The translations under genes and the position numbers were made by a program. Below are positions 18,641 through 28,163 of a stretch of 64,000 nt of DNA, one piece after another. The DNA is taken from positions 125,347 to 189,346 of the forward strand of contig CAWEMJ010000007.1 in assembly GCA_963810185.1 (NCBI GenBank). The letters are read 5' to 3'. This DNA comes from an uncultured Gemmatimonadales bacterium. Lineage in GTDB: Bacteria > Gemmatimonadota > Gemmatimonadetes > Gemmatimonadales > GWC2-71-9. Within the stretch, counting starts at the first letter, position 1. Each line of letters begins with the position of its first letter. The notes beneath the pieces were generated by a model. That model had not been told where the DNA came from. It saw nothing but the letters and a program-made list of their open reading frames with translations, and did no database searches.

Positions 18641-19704
18641 CGCGAGCCAGGATTGCCATCATCGCCGGCGACGGCATCGGGCCCGAGGTGATCGACGCGG
18701 CGTTGCCGGTCATCGAGGCGGCGGCGCATTCGGAAGGCCTGGCGCTCGACACCGAACGGCTGCCCTATTCAGCGGATCACTACCTCCGCACCGGCGAGAC
18801 CCTGCCCGACGAGGCGTTCGAGCACCTCCGGGACGACGTGGACGGCATTCTCGTCGGCGCGCTGGGCGACCCGCGCGTCCCCGGCAACGAGCACGCCCGG
18901 GATATCCTGCTCGGTCTCCGCTTCCGGCTCGATCTCTACATCAATTTCCGCCCGACCCGGCTCTTCCACCCCAAGCTCTCGCCGCTCCGCGCCGACCGCC
19001 GCACCGACGGCGGGAGCACCGCCATCGATTTCGTCATTTTCCGCGAGAACACCGAGGGGCAGTACCTCGGCAAGGGCCGCTCGGAGAGCCTCGGCACGCC
19101 CGACGAGGTGCACGTCTCGGAAGAGATCAACAGCCGGAAGGGTGTCGCGCGGATCATCGAGGCGGCGTTCGCATGGGCGGCGGCGCACGGGAAGACCCGC
19201 GTCACGATGAGTGACAAGTCGAACGCCATTCCATTCCAGAGGATTTGGGGACGGCTCTTCCAGGAGATCGGAGAGCGCTACCCGACCATCCAGCGCGAGC
19301 ACCGCTACGTGGACGCGCTCGCGCTCGAGCTGGTGCGCGAGCCGGAGCGGTTCCAGGTCATCGTCACCACCAACCTCTACGGCGACATCCTGTCGGACCT
19401 GGGCGCGGGGTTGATCGGCGGGTTGGGGATCGCCGCCAGCGCCAATCTGCATCCGGGCCGCGCCGGACTGTACGAGCCGGTGCACGGTTCGGCGCCGCCG
19501 CTGGTCGGGAAGGGCGTCGCCAACCCGATGGCCACCGTCCTCACCGGTGCGCTGATGCTGGAGCAACTGGGATGCACGGCTGGTGCGGCCAAGCTGGAGC
19601 GGGCGGTGGAACGGGTGGTGGCCAGCGGGCCGCTGACGCCGGATCTCGGCGGCCGGGGCAGCACCGCCGAGGTGGCGCGGGCACTGCTGGAGGCGCTCAG
19701 CTAG
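18637..19704 (+). CDS. Isocitrate/isopropylmalate (beta-decarboxylating) dehydrogenase family
   Basis: GDGIGPEV, RENTEG, DKSN, NLYGDILSD, EPVHGSAP; no leuCD nearby, so the substrate is uncertain. Confidence 0.9.
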   Translation: MTRARIAIIAGDGIGPEVIDAALPVIEAAAHSEGLALDTERLPYSADHYLRTGETLPDEAFEHLRDDVDGILVGALGDPRVPGNEHARDILLGLRFRLDLYINFRPTRLFHPKLSPLRADRRTDGGSTAIDFVIFRENTEGQYLGKGRSESLGTPDEVHVSEEINSRKGVARIIEAAFAWAAAHGKTRVTMSDKSNAIPFQRIWGRLFQEIGERYPTIQREHRYVDALALELVREPERFQVIVTTNLYGDILSDLGAGLIGGLGIAASANLHPGRAGLYEPVHGSAPPLVGKGVANPMATVLTGALMLEQLGCTAGAAKLERAVERVVASGPLTPDLGGRGSTAEVARALLEALS

Positions 19705-20348
19705 GCGGCGGCCGCTTTGGTGGCGAGGAGTTCGGCGCCCAGTTCGCGGATGGAATCGAAGGTCTGCTGGGCCGCCAGCACGATGGGCTCGACCTCGGCG
19801 GCCGGCAGGTCGAGCGCATCCATGGCCGCCTTGAATTGCTGCCAGCGCGCCGGCTGCCCATCACCGTAGGGATCGAGGTACGCCGAGCCCTCGCCGGTGG
19901 CCGGGAGCTGGTAGGCGGGCCGCACTTTCCGCGCGATGAACTTCGACCCGTTGGTACTCCCCTCCAATACATAGAGGATGCCGAGCAGGGCCAGCGGCTG
20001 CGCGGTGGCCAGTTGATCCATGCGCGTCATCATCGCGCGGGCGGCGGGAAGCGCCGGCTGGTCCGTCGCCGACCCAAGGAAGGCGAGGTCCTTCTGGAGC
20101 GGCGCGACCTTGCGGCGTCCGTCGTCGAAGACGCTCTTGAGTTGGGGGTTCCGCGTGACCAGCCGATCCAGGTGCGCTTCCAGGGCGGCGTGGATGTGCA
20201 GCATCTGCCCGAGCCAGTGGACGTAGAGCGGCCGAGGCAGGGTCCCGCGCACGAACTGCTGCTGGAATTCATGCTGCTCGGCCAGGCGATGGTGGCTGGC
20301 GGTGCTCTCACGCAGGGTGAGCATGGTGCCTGGGTTGTCGGTGTTCAC
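19701..20348 (-). CDS. Biliverdin-producing heme oxygenase
   Basis: LRESTASHH..AE (proximal His), L..DL.FL, YVLEGSTNGS. Confidence 0.85.
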   Translation of the reverse strand: MNTDNPGTMLTLRESTASHHRLAEQHEFQQQFVRGTLPRPLYVHWLGQMLHIHAALEAHLDRLVTRNPQLKSVFDDGRRKVAPLQKDLAFLGSATDQPALPAARAMMTRMDQLATAQPLALLGILYVLEGSTNGSKFIARKVRPAYQLPATGEGSAYLDPYGDGQPARWQQFKAAMDALDLPAAEVEPIVLAAQQTFDSIRELGAELLATKAAAA

Positions 20349-20455
20349 TGAAGCGCCACCAGCAGCGCCGGGATGATGAGCCACATGAGCCCCTTGAAAA
20401 GGAAGAACAGAACACCAACAAGCCCGAGTCTAGCCAGGACAGGGCGAAGTCGCAT
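20345..20455 (-). CDS. 36-aa single-TM peptide (absent from the ORF track)
   Basis: MRLRPVLARLGLVGVLFFLFKGLMWLIIPALLVALQ; its TGA overlaps the heme oxygenase GTG. Confidence 0.6.
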   Translation of the reverse strand: MRLRPVLARLGLVGVLFFLFKGLMWLIIPALLVALQ

Positions 20456-20457
20456 AG

Positions 20458-20474
20458 ATGAGAATCACTCGCAA
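20458..20474. promoter_or_regulatory. Fur-box-like operator
   Basis: TGAGAAT-C-ACTCGCA resembles the 7-1-7 consensus TGATAAT-N-ATTATCA; lies in an AT-rich patch upstream of the heme oxygenase unit. Confidence 0.6.
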
Positions 20475-20596
20475 GTAGTTTCTATTGCGACTAAACTTCT
20501 CTTGATTGCCTGATCCTGTCAAGCAATACTGTTCGCTGACCGGTTGAAGCGGCGTAGATTCACACCGTCGTCCTTCACCCACGCGCGGAGCGTTCC

Positions 20597-21046
20597 ATGC
20601 GCATCCTTCGACTCGTTCCCCTGGCGCTGCTGGCAGCCTGCAGCTCGGGTAGCCCGAGCAGCGCCTCCCCGACGCCCGCCCCGGCGTCGGGCGGCGCCGA
20701 ATCGGCTGCCGCCACGACCTGCCCCCTGGCCGTCGGCACCTCGGTGCTATCTACCTCGTTCACCTCCTCGGGAGAACGCGCATCGGTCGCGCTCCAGGCG
20801 GGGTGTGTCTACTGGGCCACCACCGACGTCAGCGGTGTCCTGCTGCAACTCAGGCCCCGGAGTTCCGGAACACAGCTGCCGTATGTGGGCCAGTTGATGA
20901 GCGGCGGCGTGCAGGGCGGCAGCACCTGGGAGATCCGCGCGACGATCAGCGGCGAGTACAACGTCTGGGTCACCGGTGCGCCGTCCGGACGGGCGGTGAA
21001 GCTCTCCGTCGTGGTCCGCGGCGATAACGCCCCGAAGGCAAAATGA
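20597..21046 (+). CDS. Hypothetical lipoprotein
   Basis: Lipobox LAAC, Ser/Pro linker, beta-rich domain. Confidence 0.7.
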   Translation: MRILRLVPLALLAACSSGSPSSASPTPAPASGGAESAAATTCPLAVGTSVLSTSFTSSGERASVALQAGCVYWATTDVSGVLLQLRPRSSGTQLPYVGQLMSGGVQGGSTWEIRATISGEYNVWVTGAPSGRAVKLSVVVRGDNAPKAK

Positions 21047-21077
21047 CGTTGCGCACTGGCGCCGGGAGGCGCACGCC

Positions 21078-21683
21078 ATGACCACCGGACGACTCGAGGC
21101 CTTCAGCGATGGCGTGCTGGCCATCATCATCACCATCATGGTGCTCGAGCTGAAGGTGCCGCACGGCACCGATTTCGCCGCGCTCCGCCCGCTCATCCCG
21201 GTCCTCCTGAGCTACGTGCTGAGCTTCATCTACCTCGGCATCTACTGGAACAATCATCACCACATGATGCACGTGGTGCACCGGGTGAGCGGCGGCGTCC
21301 TGTGGGCCAACCTGCTTCTCCTCTTCTGGCTGTCGCTGGTGCCGTTCGTCACCGGATGGATGGGTGAGAACCACTTCGCGCCAGCCCCGGTGGCTCTCTA
21401 CGGCGTGGTACTGCTGATGGCGGCTTTGTCCTATACTGTTCTGGTCCGGGCGACGCTGCGAGTGGAGGGCCCCGACTCCATGCTGGCCCGGGCCATCGGA
21501 CTGGATCGCAAGGGCAACCTGTCCCTGCTGCTCTACTGCGTCGGGATCGCGGCGTCGTTCTTCGCCACCTGGCTGTCCGGTGCCATGTACATCATCGTGG
21601 CGCTGATCTGGCTCATTCCGGACCGGCGGATCGAACGGGTGTTGGGCGTGCATCAAACCCCGAAGCAGGGGCACGCCCCCTGA
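21078..21683 (+). CDS. TMEM175 family potassium channel protein
   Basis: RLEAFSDGVLAIIITIMVLEL, YWNNHH. Confidence 0.92.
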   Translation: MTTGRLEAFSDGVLAIIITIMVLELKVPHGTDFAALRPLIPVLLSYVLSFIYLGIYWNNHHHMMHVVHRVSGGVLWANLLLLFWLSLVPFVTGWMGENHFAPAPVALYGVVLLMAALSYTVLVRATLRVEGPDSMLARAIGLDRKGNLSLLLYCVGIAASFFATWLSGAMYIIVALIWLIPDRRIERVLGVHQTPKQGHAP

Positions 21684-21771
21684 CCCGCTCGGCCGCCGGG
21701 CAGTAGGTTCACGCATCACCCGCGGGGCCCAATCCGGGCGCCGCCGTTCTCCTCCTCACCGAGGTGGTCCC

Positions 21772-22023
21772 ATGGATACCCAGAGCCTGATCGTATTCCT
21801 CATCATCGGCGTCGTGGCCGGATTCCTGGCCGGCAAGATCATGAAGGGCGGCGGCTTCGGCCTGGTCGGCGACCTGGTGCTCGGGGTCATCGGCGCCTTC
21901 GTCGGCGGATGGGTGTTCGGGATGCTCGGAATCCTGCCGGTCGGGATCCTCGGTACCCTGATTTCCGCGACCGCCGGCGCGGTGCTCCTGCTCTTCCTGA
22001 TCAGGCTCGTCAAGAAGGCCTGA
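21772..22023 (+). CDS. GlsB/YeaQ/YmgE family stress membrane protein
   Basis: GVVAGFLAGKIM, LGVIGAFVGG, ATAGAVLLL. Confidence 0.9.
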   Translation: MDTQSLIVFLIIGVVAGFLAGKIMKGGGFGLVGDLVLGVIGAFVGGWVFGMLGILPVGILGTLISATAGAVLLLFLIRLVKKA

Positions 22024-22110
22024 CCGCCGAATTCTGCCTTCCTTGAACGGGGGGTCGGTTCGGGCCATCTTTCGGGCCTCGACCGACCCTCCTTCAGGAA
22101 GGGCACTACG

Positions 22111-23316
22111 ATGAAAACGCAGGGCCAGCAGTCCGACGTCCTCTTCCTGTCCGGATCCCGCACCGGGTTCGGCAGTTTCGGCGGCACCCTCAAGGATTTC
22201 ACCGCGACCTCCCTCGGCGTCGTCGCCGCCCAGCACGCCCTGGCCAAGGCCGGGGTCGAGGGCGCCGCCGTGGACCACGTGGTCTTCGGCAACGCCCTCC
22301 AGACCAGCGCCGACGCCATCTACCTCGCCCGCCACGTGGCGCTCCGCGCCGGTCTCCCCATCGAGACGCCGGCCGTGACCGTCAACCGTCTCTGCGGCTC
22401 CGGCTTCGAGTCGATCATCCAGGGCGCCCAGCAGATCCTGCTCGGCGAGTCGAAGATCGTCCTGGCCGGCGGCGCGGAATCGATGAGCCAGGCACCGCAT
22501 GTGGTGCGCGGTGCGCGCTGGGGGCTGCGCCTCGGGCCGGCGCCGCCGTTCGAGGACCTGCTCTGGGAGTCGCTCAAGGACCCCTTCTGCGGCTTTTCCA
22601 TGGCGGAGACGGCGGAGAACCTGGCCGACAAGTACAAGATTTCCCGTGCCGAGGTGGACGCCTACGCGCTCACCAGCCAGCAGCGCGCCAAGGCCGGGTG
22701 GGATGGCGGATTCTTTGCCGACGAGCTGGCTCCCGTCCCGATCCGGAACCGGAAGACGAAGCAGGATGAGCCGTGGGGGGCCGACGAGCATATGCGGCCC
22801 GACACCACCGCCGAGGGGCTGGCCAAGCTGGCGCCCTACTTCAAGAAGGACGGCGTGGTCACGGCCGGCAACGCCTCCGGCATCTGCGACGGCGCCGCCG
22901 CGGTGGTGCTGGCCAGCGAAGGGGCCGCCAAGGGGCTCAAGCCGATCGGCCGCCTGGTGGCGTGGGGCATCGCCGGGGTGGAGCCCAAGTACATGGGCAT
23001 CGGCCCCGCGCCGGCGGCGCGGAAGGCGCTCGCCAAGGCCGGCCTGACGCTCGACCAGATGGACCTGGTCGAAGTGAACGAGGCGTTCAGCGCGCAGTAC
23101 GTGGCGGTCGAGAAGGAACTCGGCCTCGACCGCGCGCGCACCAACGTCCACGGCGGCGCCATTGCCATCGGTCACCCGCTGGCCGCCAGCGGCACCCGGA
23201 TTTCCCTGCACCTGCTGCACGCGCTCCGGAAGCTCGGCAAGCGCTATGGCCTCGGCAGCGCCTGCATCGGCGGCGGCCAGGGTGCGGCAGTCATCGTCGA
23301 AGCCTTCCCGGTCTAG
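22111..23316 (+). CDS. Acetyl-CoA C-acyltransferase (thiolase)
   Basis: [27 protein letters not shown]. Confidence 0.95.
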   Translation: MKTQGQQSDVLFLSGSRTGFGSFGGTLKDFTATSLGVVAAQHALAKAGVEGAAVDHVVFGNALQTSADAIYLARHVALRAGLPIETPAVTVNRLCGSGFESIIQGAQQILLGESKIVLAGGAESMSQAPHVVRGARWGLRLGPAPPFEDLLWESLKDPFCGFSMAETAENLADKYKISRAEVDAYALTSQQRAKAGWDGGFFADELAPVPIRNRKTKQDEPWGADEHMRPDTTAEGLAKLAPYFKKDGVVTAGNASGICDGAAAVVLASEGAAKGLKPIGRLVAWGIAGVEPKYMGIGPAPAARKALAKAGLTLDQMDLVEVNEAFSAQYVAVEKELGLDRARTNVHGGAIAIGHPLAASGTRISLHLLHALRKLGKRYGLGSACIGGGQGAAVIVEAFPV

Positions 23317-23326
23317 GAGTACCTTC

Positions 23327-24184
23327 ATGCCGATCATGCTGATGGCCCTGATGATTGCGGTCGCCTACTCCTTCGCCAGCCTGCGCGTCCTCAAGCAGTA
23401 TGAGCGCGGCGTGGCCTTCTTCCTCGGGAAGTACTGGGGCACCAAGGGGCCGGGGCTCTTCTTCCTGCCGGCCGGGTTCGCGAGCGTCAAGCGGGTGTCG
23501 CTCCGGATCATGGCGCTCGACATTCCGCCGCAGGACGTGATCACCCGGGACAACGTGTCCCTGAAGGTGAACGCCGTGCTCTACATGAAGGTGGCCGATC
23601 CGCAGCGGGCGGTCATCGAGATCGAGGACTATCTCTACGCCACCAGCCAGCTGGCGCAGACGACGCTTCGTGCCGTGCTGGGCGAGGTGGAACTCGACGA
23701 GTTGCTCAGCGACCGGGAGAAGATCAACGCCGTCCTCAAGCGGATCATCGACGAGCGGACCGACGCGTGGGGCATCCACGTCTCCGCCGTCGAAGTGAAG
23801 GACGTGGACCTGCCGGAGCAGATGAAGCGCGCCATGAGCCGCCAGGCCGAGGCCGAGCGCGAGCGCCGCGCCAAGGTCATCTCGGCGCAGGGCGAGCTGC
23901 AGGCATCGGAGACGCTGGCGCAGGCGGCGCGCACCCTGGCCACTGAGCCCAGCGCCATCCAGCTGCGGTACCTGCAGACGGTCACCGAGATCGCCGCCGA
24001 GAACAACTCGACGACCATCTTCCCGATTCCGATCGACCTGATCCGCCCCTTCATGGAACTGGCCGACCTGAAGATCGCGAACATGAAGGGAATCGCCTCT
24101 GGCGGCACGCCGGCGCTGCCGGCGCCCGACCTCCTGGCGGGCCTGCCGCGGATCGAAGCCGGCGCCAAGAAGGAAACGACCTAA
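23327..24184 (+). CDS. Slipin/SPFH (band 7) family protein
   Basis: [38 protein letters not shown]. Confidence 0.92.
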   Translation: MPIMLMALMIAVAYSFASLRVLKQYERGVAFFLGKYWGTKGPGLFFLPAGFASVKRVSLRIMALDIPPQDVITRDNVSLKVNAVLYMKVADPQRAVIEIEDYLYATSQLAQTTLRAVLGEVELDELLSDREKINAVLKRIIDERTDAWGIHVSAVEVKDVDLPEQMKRAMSRQAEAERERRAKVISAQGELQASETLAQAARTLATEPSAIQLRYLQTVTEIAAENNSTTIFPIPIDLIRPFMELADLKIANMKGIASGGTPALPAPDLLAGLPRIEAGAKKETT

Positions 24185-24190
24185 CCGGAC

Positions 24191-25015
24191 ATGGCGGACC
24201 TGCCCGCGCGGATCGACCGCGCCGCTCTCGACCGGATCATCCAGCGCGCCGCTGAACTCCAGACCGGCGAGCATGAGCTGGGCGACGACATGACCGAGGA
24301 CCAGGTACTGGCCCTCGGCCGGGACGTCGGCATTCCTGCCCGCTACCTCCAGCAGGCGCTCATCGAGGAGCGGGTGCGCACGGAGCCGGCGGAATCCCGG
24401 TGGCTGGACCGCACCATCGGCACCGCCAAGGTCACCGTCGACCGGGTGGTGATGGGGTCTGCCGACCTGCAGGAGCATGTGCTCCTCGACTGGATGGAGC
24501 GCACGGAGCACCTGCTCATCCAGCGACAGCAGAGCGGGCGGATCACCTGGGAGCAGATGGGCGGTTTCCAGGCGGTGCTTCGCATGTCGGCGGCGGCCCT
24601 CAGCGGCGGCGCCCGCGCCATGCTGGACAAGGCGAGTGTGGTGACCGCCACGATCACCCCGCTCGAGGCGGGGTACTGTCACGTGCAGCTGAGCGCCGAC
24701 CTGCGGCCGACGCGGGCCGCCTTCATCGGCGGCGCGGCAGCGCTGGTGTCAGTGGGCGCGGCGGCCACGATGGTGCTTGCGGTGCTCAGCGCCTTCCCTC
24801 CGGTGCTCCTGGTGCCGCTGCCGGTGGCCTTGGCCGCCGGCTACGCGGCGACACGGCCCTACGCCGGCGTCGCCGAGCGGGCACGGCTCGGGCTGGAGCG
24901 GGCGCTCGACCAGCTGGAGCGGCGGGGCAACCGCCCGCTGCCCGCCCCGCAGGACACGCCCCCCAGCATGATCACCTCACTCGTGCAGGAAGTACGCAAA
25001 GCCCTCAAACCCTGA
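24191..25015 (+). CDS. Hypothetical membrane protein
   Basis: IIQRAAELQ..LGRDVGIP N-terminus, two C-terminal TM segments; operonic position. Confidence 0.7.
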   Translation: MADLPARIDRAALDRIIQRAAELQTGEHELGDDMTEDQVLALGRDVGIPARYLQQALIEERVRTEPAESRWLDRTIGTAKVTVDRVVMGSADLQEHVLLDWMERTEHLLIQRQQSGRITWEQMGGFQAVLRMSAAALSGGARAMLDKASVVTATITPLEAGYCHVQLSADLRPTRAAFIGGAAALVSVGAAATMVLAVLSAFPPVLLVPLPVALAAGYAATRPYAGVAERARLGLERALDQLERRGNRPLPAPQDTPPSMITSLVQEVRKALKP

Positions 25016-25031
25016 ACCACCGGAATTCATC

Positions 25032-25919
25032 ATGGCAGAAATCAAGAAGGTCGGCGTGCTCGGATGCGGCTTGATGGGCAGCGGCATCGCCCAGGTGGCC
25101 GCCACCGCCGGCTACACCACCGTCGTCCGCGACGTATCGGACGCCGTCATGGCCAAGGGCAAGGCCGGCATCGCCAAGTCACTCGACAAGTTCGTGGAAA
25201 AGGGGAAGCTCGCCGCCGCCGACCGCGACGCTACCCTTGCGCGTCTCTCCTACGTGACCGACGTGGCCGCGCTCAAGGACTGCGACATCATCATCGAGGC
25301 GGTCACCGAGGACCTCGACCTCAAGAACGACCTCTGGAAGCAGCTCGACGCCCTCTGTCCCGCGCACACCATCTTTGCCAGCAACACCTCGAGCCTGACC
25401 ATTGCCGCCATGGCGTCCGCCACCAAGCGGGCCGACCGGTTCGTAGGGCTCCACTTCTTCAATCCGGTCCCGCTGATGCAGCTGGTGGAGGTGGTCCGCA
25501 CCGTCACCACTTCCACGGCCACCTTCGACCGCGCGCTGGCCTTCGGCAAGAGCCTCGGCAAGGAGGCGGTGGCGGCCAAGGACAATTCCGGCTTCATCGT
25601 CAACCTCCTCCTGGTGCCGTACCTGCTCGACGCCATCCGGGCGCTGGAGCACGGCGTGGCCAGCACGGTGGACATCGACAACGCCATGAAGCTCGGCTGC
25701 GGCTACCCGATGGGTCCGCTCACGCTGCTGGACTTCGTGGGCAACGACACCACGTACAAGATTGCCGAGATCATGTTCACCGAGTACCGCGAGACCCGCT
25801 ATGCGCCACCGCCGCTCCTCAAGCGGATGGTCATGGCGGGCTACTACGGCCGGAAGAGCGGCAAGGGCTTCTACGACTACGCCGCCAACCCGCCGGTGCC
25901 GGTCGATCTGGGGGTCTGA
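25032..25919 (+). CDS. hbd: 3-hydroxybutyryl-CoA dehydrogenase
   Basis: GCGLMGSGIA, SNTSSL, GLHFFNP, GYPMGP, GRKSGKGFY. Confidence 0.9.
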   Translation: MAEIKKVGVLGCGLMGSGIAQVAATAGYTTVVRDVSDAVMAKGKAGIAKSLDKFVEKGKLAAADRDATLARLSYVTDVAALKDCDIIIEAVTEDLDLKNDLWKQLDALCPAHTIFASNTSSLTIAAMASATKRADRFVGLHFFNPVPLMQLVEVVRTVTTSTATFDRALAFGKSLGKEAVAAKDNSGFIVNLLLVPYLLDAIRALEHGVASTVDIDNAMKLGCGYPMGPLTLLDFVGNDTTYKIAEIMFTEYRETRYAPPPLLKRMVMAGYYGRKSGKGFYDYAANPPVPVDLGV

Positions 25920-25923
25920 CACC

Positions 25924-26608
25924 ATGATCCTTTCTATGCTGCTCCACGGCGATGCCGCCGCGTCCGGCGGACTCTTCGGCTACGACGCGCCCACGGCTGC
26001 ACGCGGTGATCAACGACTTTCCGCCCGCCCTGCTGGTGGTCGGCGTCCTCTTCGAGCTGGCCTACCTCTTCACCAAGCGGGAGAGCCTCCGCACGGCGGC
26101 GTACTGGTCGCTGGTGGTCGGCGCGGTGAGCACCGCGGCGGCGCTCTTCTCGGGCCTGCGGGCGGAGGACGCCATCCAGCATGGCGAGGCCATCCATGAG
26201 ATCATGGAGACCCACGAGCGCTTCGCCTGGATCACTCTCGGCTTCTTCGGCGTGGTGGCGGTCTGGCGGGTGTTGCGTGAGGCCAAGATGGGCCGGCAGG
26301 AGCGGTGGGCCGTGGCGCTGATCGGCGTCGTGGGGCTCGGCTTCCTGGTGGCCACTGGGCGGGAAGGCGGCGAACTGGTGTTTGACCACGCCGCGGGCAT
26401 GAGCACGGAGGCGATGCAGGCCGAGATCATGAACCGCGAGGCCGGGCACGAGCACGCGCCGGGCGAGGAGCACGACGACGCTGCGGCGGTGCCCGGGACG
26501 ACCGACAGCGTGCCGGAGCACCAGCACGACGACTCGACGGCCGCAGACTCGACAGCGGCGAAGCCAGCGCACACTCACGCGCCCGGCACTCCGGAGCACA
26601 AGGACTGA
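25924..26608 (+). CDS. DUF2231-like membrane protein with a His-rich tail (indel near 25992)
   Basis: LHAVINDFP, HE..A, TG..GGELVF.H; the N-terminus MILSMLLHG is in another frame. Confidence 0.75.
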
Positions 26609-27225
26609 TGCGCACTGCCCCGCTGCCCCGCTGTCCCTGCTGCTGGCCGCTGCTCTGCGCCTGCCAGCCGTACACCACGCGCCCGGCATTCGGGCCGTTG
26701 CCGAGCGCGGCGGAAGCGGTGGTGGACCTGGACGTGGCGAAGGCGACGACGGTGCTGGCAGAGCAGCTGAAGTCGGATTCGATCCCGGTCAGCCGGGTGG
26801 AGCCGACGGACGGCTATCTCGAAACGCCGTGGTTCAGCACGCTGACCGGCAAGGAGACCACCGAGCGGGTCCTCGGTGACAGCGTCGTGCGGGTGCGGGG
26901 ATGGGTGAACGCCTACGGGAAGGAACGGGGATCGATCCGGGTGGAGACGGCGGTGCGCCCGCTTGCCAATCCGTCGCTGCCGCCGCGGGCGCTCGATCAG
27001 CAGGCCCCAGCAGACAACCCGGTGGCGATCCGGGTGGCCAAGATCCTCACCGACATGGCGCGGCGGTATCCAGTGCCTGGTGCCGAAGAGCCTGTGGCGC
27101 CGCCGGTTCGCGCGCCCGGTGATTCGACGAAGCCCGCCGCCACCGACTCCACGCCCGGGACAAAGGTCGTCAAGCCATTCCGCGGGCCGCCCGGAGCACC
27201 CCCGGCGCCGGCACCGAGCCCGTAG
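26608..27225 (+). CDS. Hypothetical lipoprotein
   Basis: LCAC lipobox-like sequence, GYLETPWF, Pro-rich tail. Confidence 0.65.
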   Translation: MRTAPLPRCPCCWPLLCACQPYTTRPAFGPLPSAAEAVVDLDVAKATTVLAEQLKSDSIPVSRVEPTDGYLETPWFSTLTGKETTERVLGDSVVRVRGWVNAYGKERGSIRVETAVRPLANPSLPPRALDQQAPADNPVAIRVAKILTDMARRYPVPGAEEPVAPPVRAPGDSTKPAATDSTPGTKVVKPFRGPPGAPPAPAPSP

Positions 27226-27262
27226 CCTCGCCCCCCTGTCGCCGGGGTGACGATTTTCTCGG

Positions 27263-28093
27263 TTACCGCCCCCCTGCCCCGCTGCCCCCCTGCCCCGCCT
27301 CACTCACAAACACCTTCACCCACTTCTCCAACTGCTCCAGGTCCAACCCGGCGTCCTTGCACGGTCCGGCCGGCAGCGTCATCGTGAGCCCCAGCACCGG
27401 CACGCGCCCGGCCACGTCGTGTAACCCACTCACCATGTCCCGCTCGCAGGCCACCGCCACGATGGCGCGGGGCCGGCGCTCCTTGATGACCCGGCGGGCC
27501 AGCTGCCCCCGCGTGGCCACGAACACCGGCACCTCGTACTTGCCCGAAAGCGCCAGGACGCCCTCGATGGCGGGCTTCGAGAGGCAACGGGGAATGAGCA
27601 GGAGCAGTTCGCCCTTGCCGACCGCCTTGGCCCGGACCACGGCGAGCGCGTTGTACACCTTCACCGCGGCATTCTCAACCCAGTCGCGCCGGCCAAACCG
27701 GTCGGCCACGCGGGAGGTCACGCTCATCAGCCGGAGGAAGGGGCCCCGTTCGGCAAGCACGGCCGGAAGCAGGGACCATCCGGAGGCATAGCTGAGCAGA
27801 ATCAGCAGCCACCAGAGCCACGACGCCCCCGACACGAGGCCGAGTCCAATCCAGAGGAACGTCGGTACCCCGGGCAGGAGGAGGCCGATCCGGGGACCGA
27901 GCAGGTAGAGGCCCAGGGCCACGACGCCGAGTGCCGCGGCGAGTCCCGCCGCCGACCACTGGAAGAAGAGACCTGGCGGAGAGTCGTAATTGCCCTGGTT
28001 CGGCAGCGGGTTGCCGTCCCACTCGTCCCATTCATGGCCGAGTCGGCGGTCCACTTCGATGCGGATCAACTGGGGACGGGCGGTGTCTGACAT
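27263..28093 (-). CDS. DUF116 domain protein
   Basis: LLIPRCL, VATRG..AR, AVACERD..SG, GPCKD. Confidence 0.85.
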   Translation of the reverse strand: MSDTARPQLIRIEVDRRLGHEWDEWDGNPLPNQGNYDSPPGLFFQWSAAGLAAALGVVALGLYLLGPRIGLLLPGVPTFLWIGLGLVSGASWLWWLLILLSYASGWSLLPAVLAERGPFLRLMSVTSRVADRFGRRDWVENAAVKVYNALAVVRAKAVGKGELLLLIPRCLSKPAIEGVLALSGKYEVPVFVATRGQLARRVIKERRPRAIVAVACERDMVSGLHDVAGRVPVLGLTMTLPAGPCKDAGLDLEQLEKWVKVFVSEAGQGGSGAGGR

Positions 28094-28163
28094 GGGAACC
28101 CAAGATAGCAGGCGGTCGGGCGATTCGCTTGGCGGCGGCGGGGCACGGCCGTACGTTTCGGCC

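Noticed and set aside
18637-19704. Calling the dehydrogenase leuB
   Set aside because: The family is clear, but there is no leucine operon context and the substrate cannot be determined by eye
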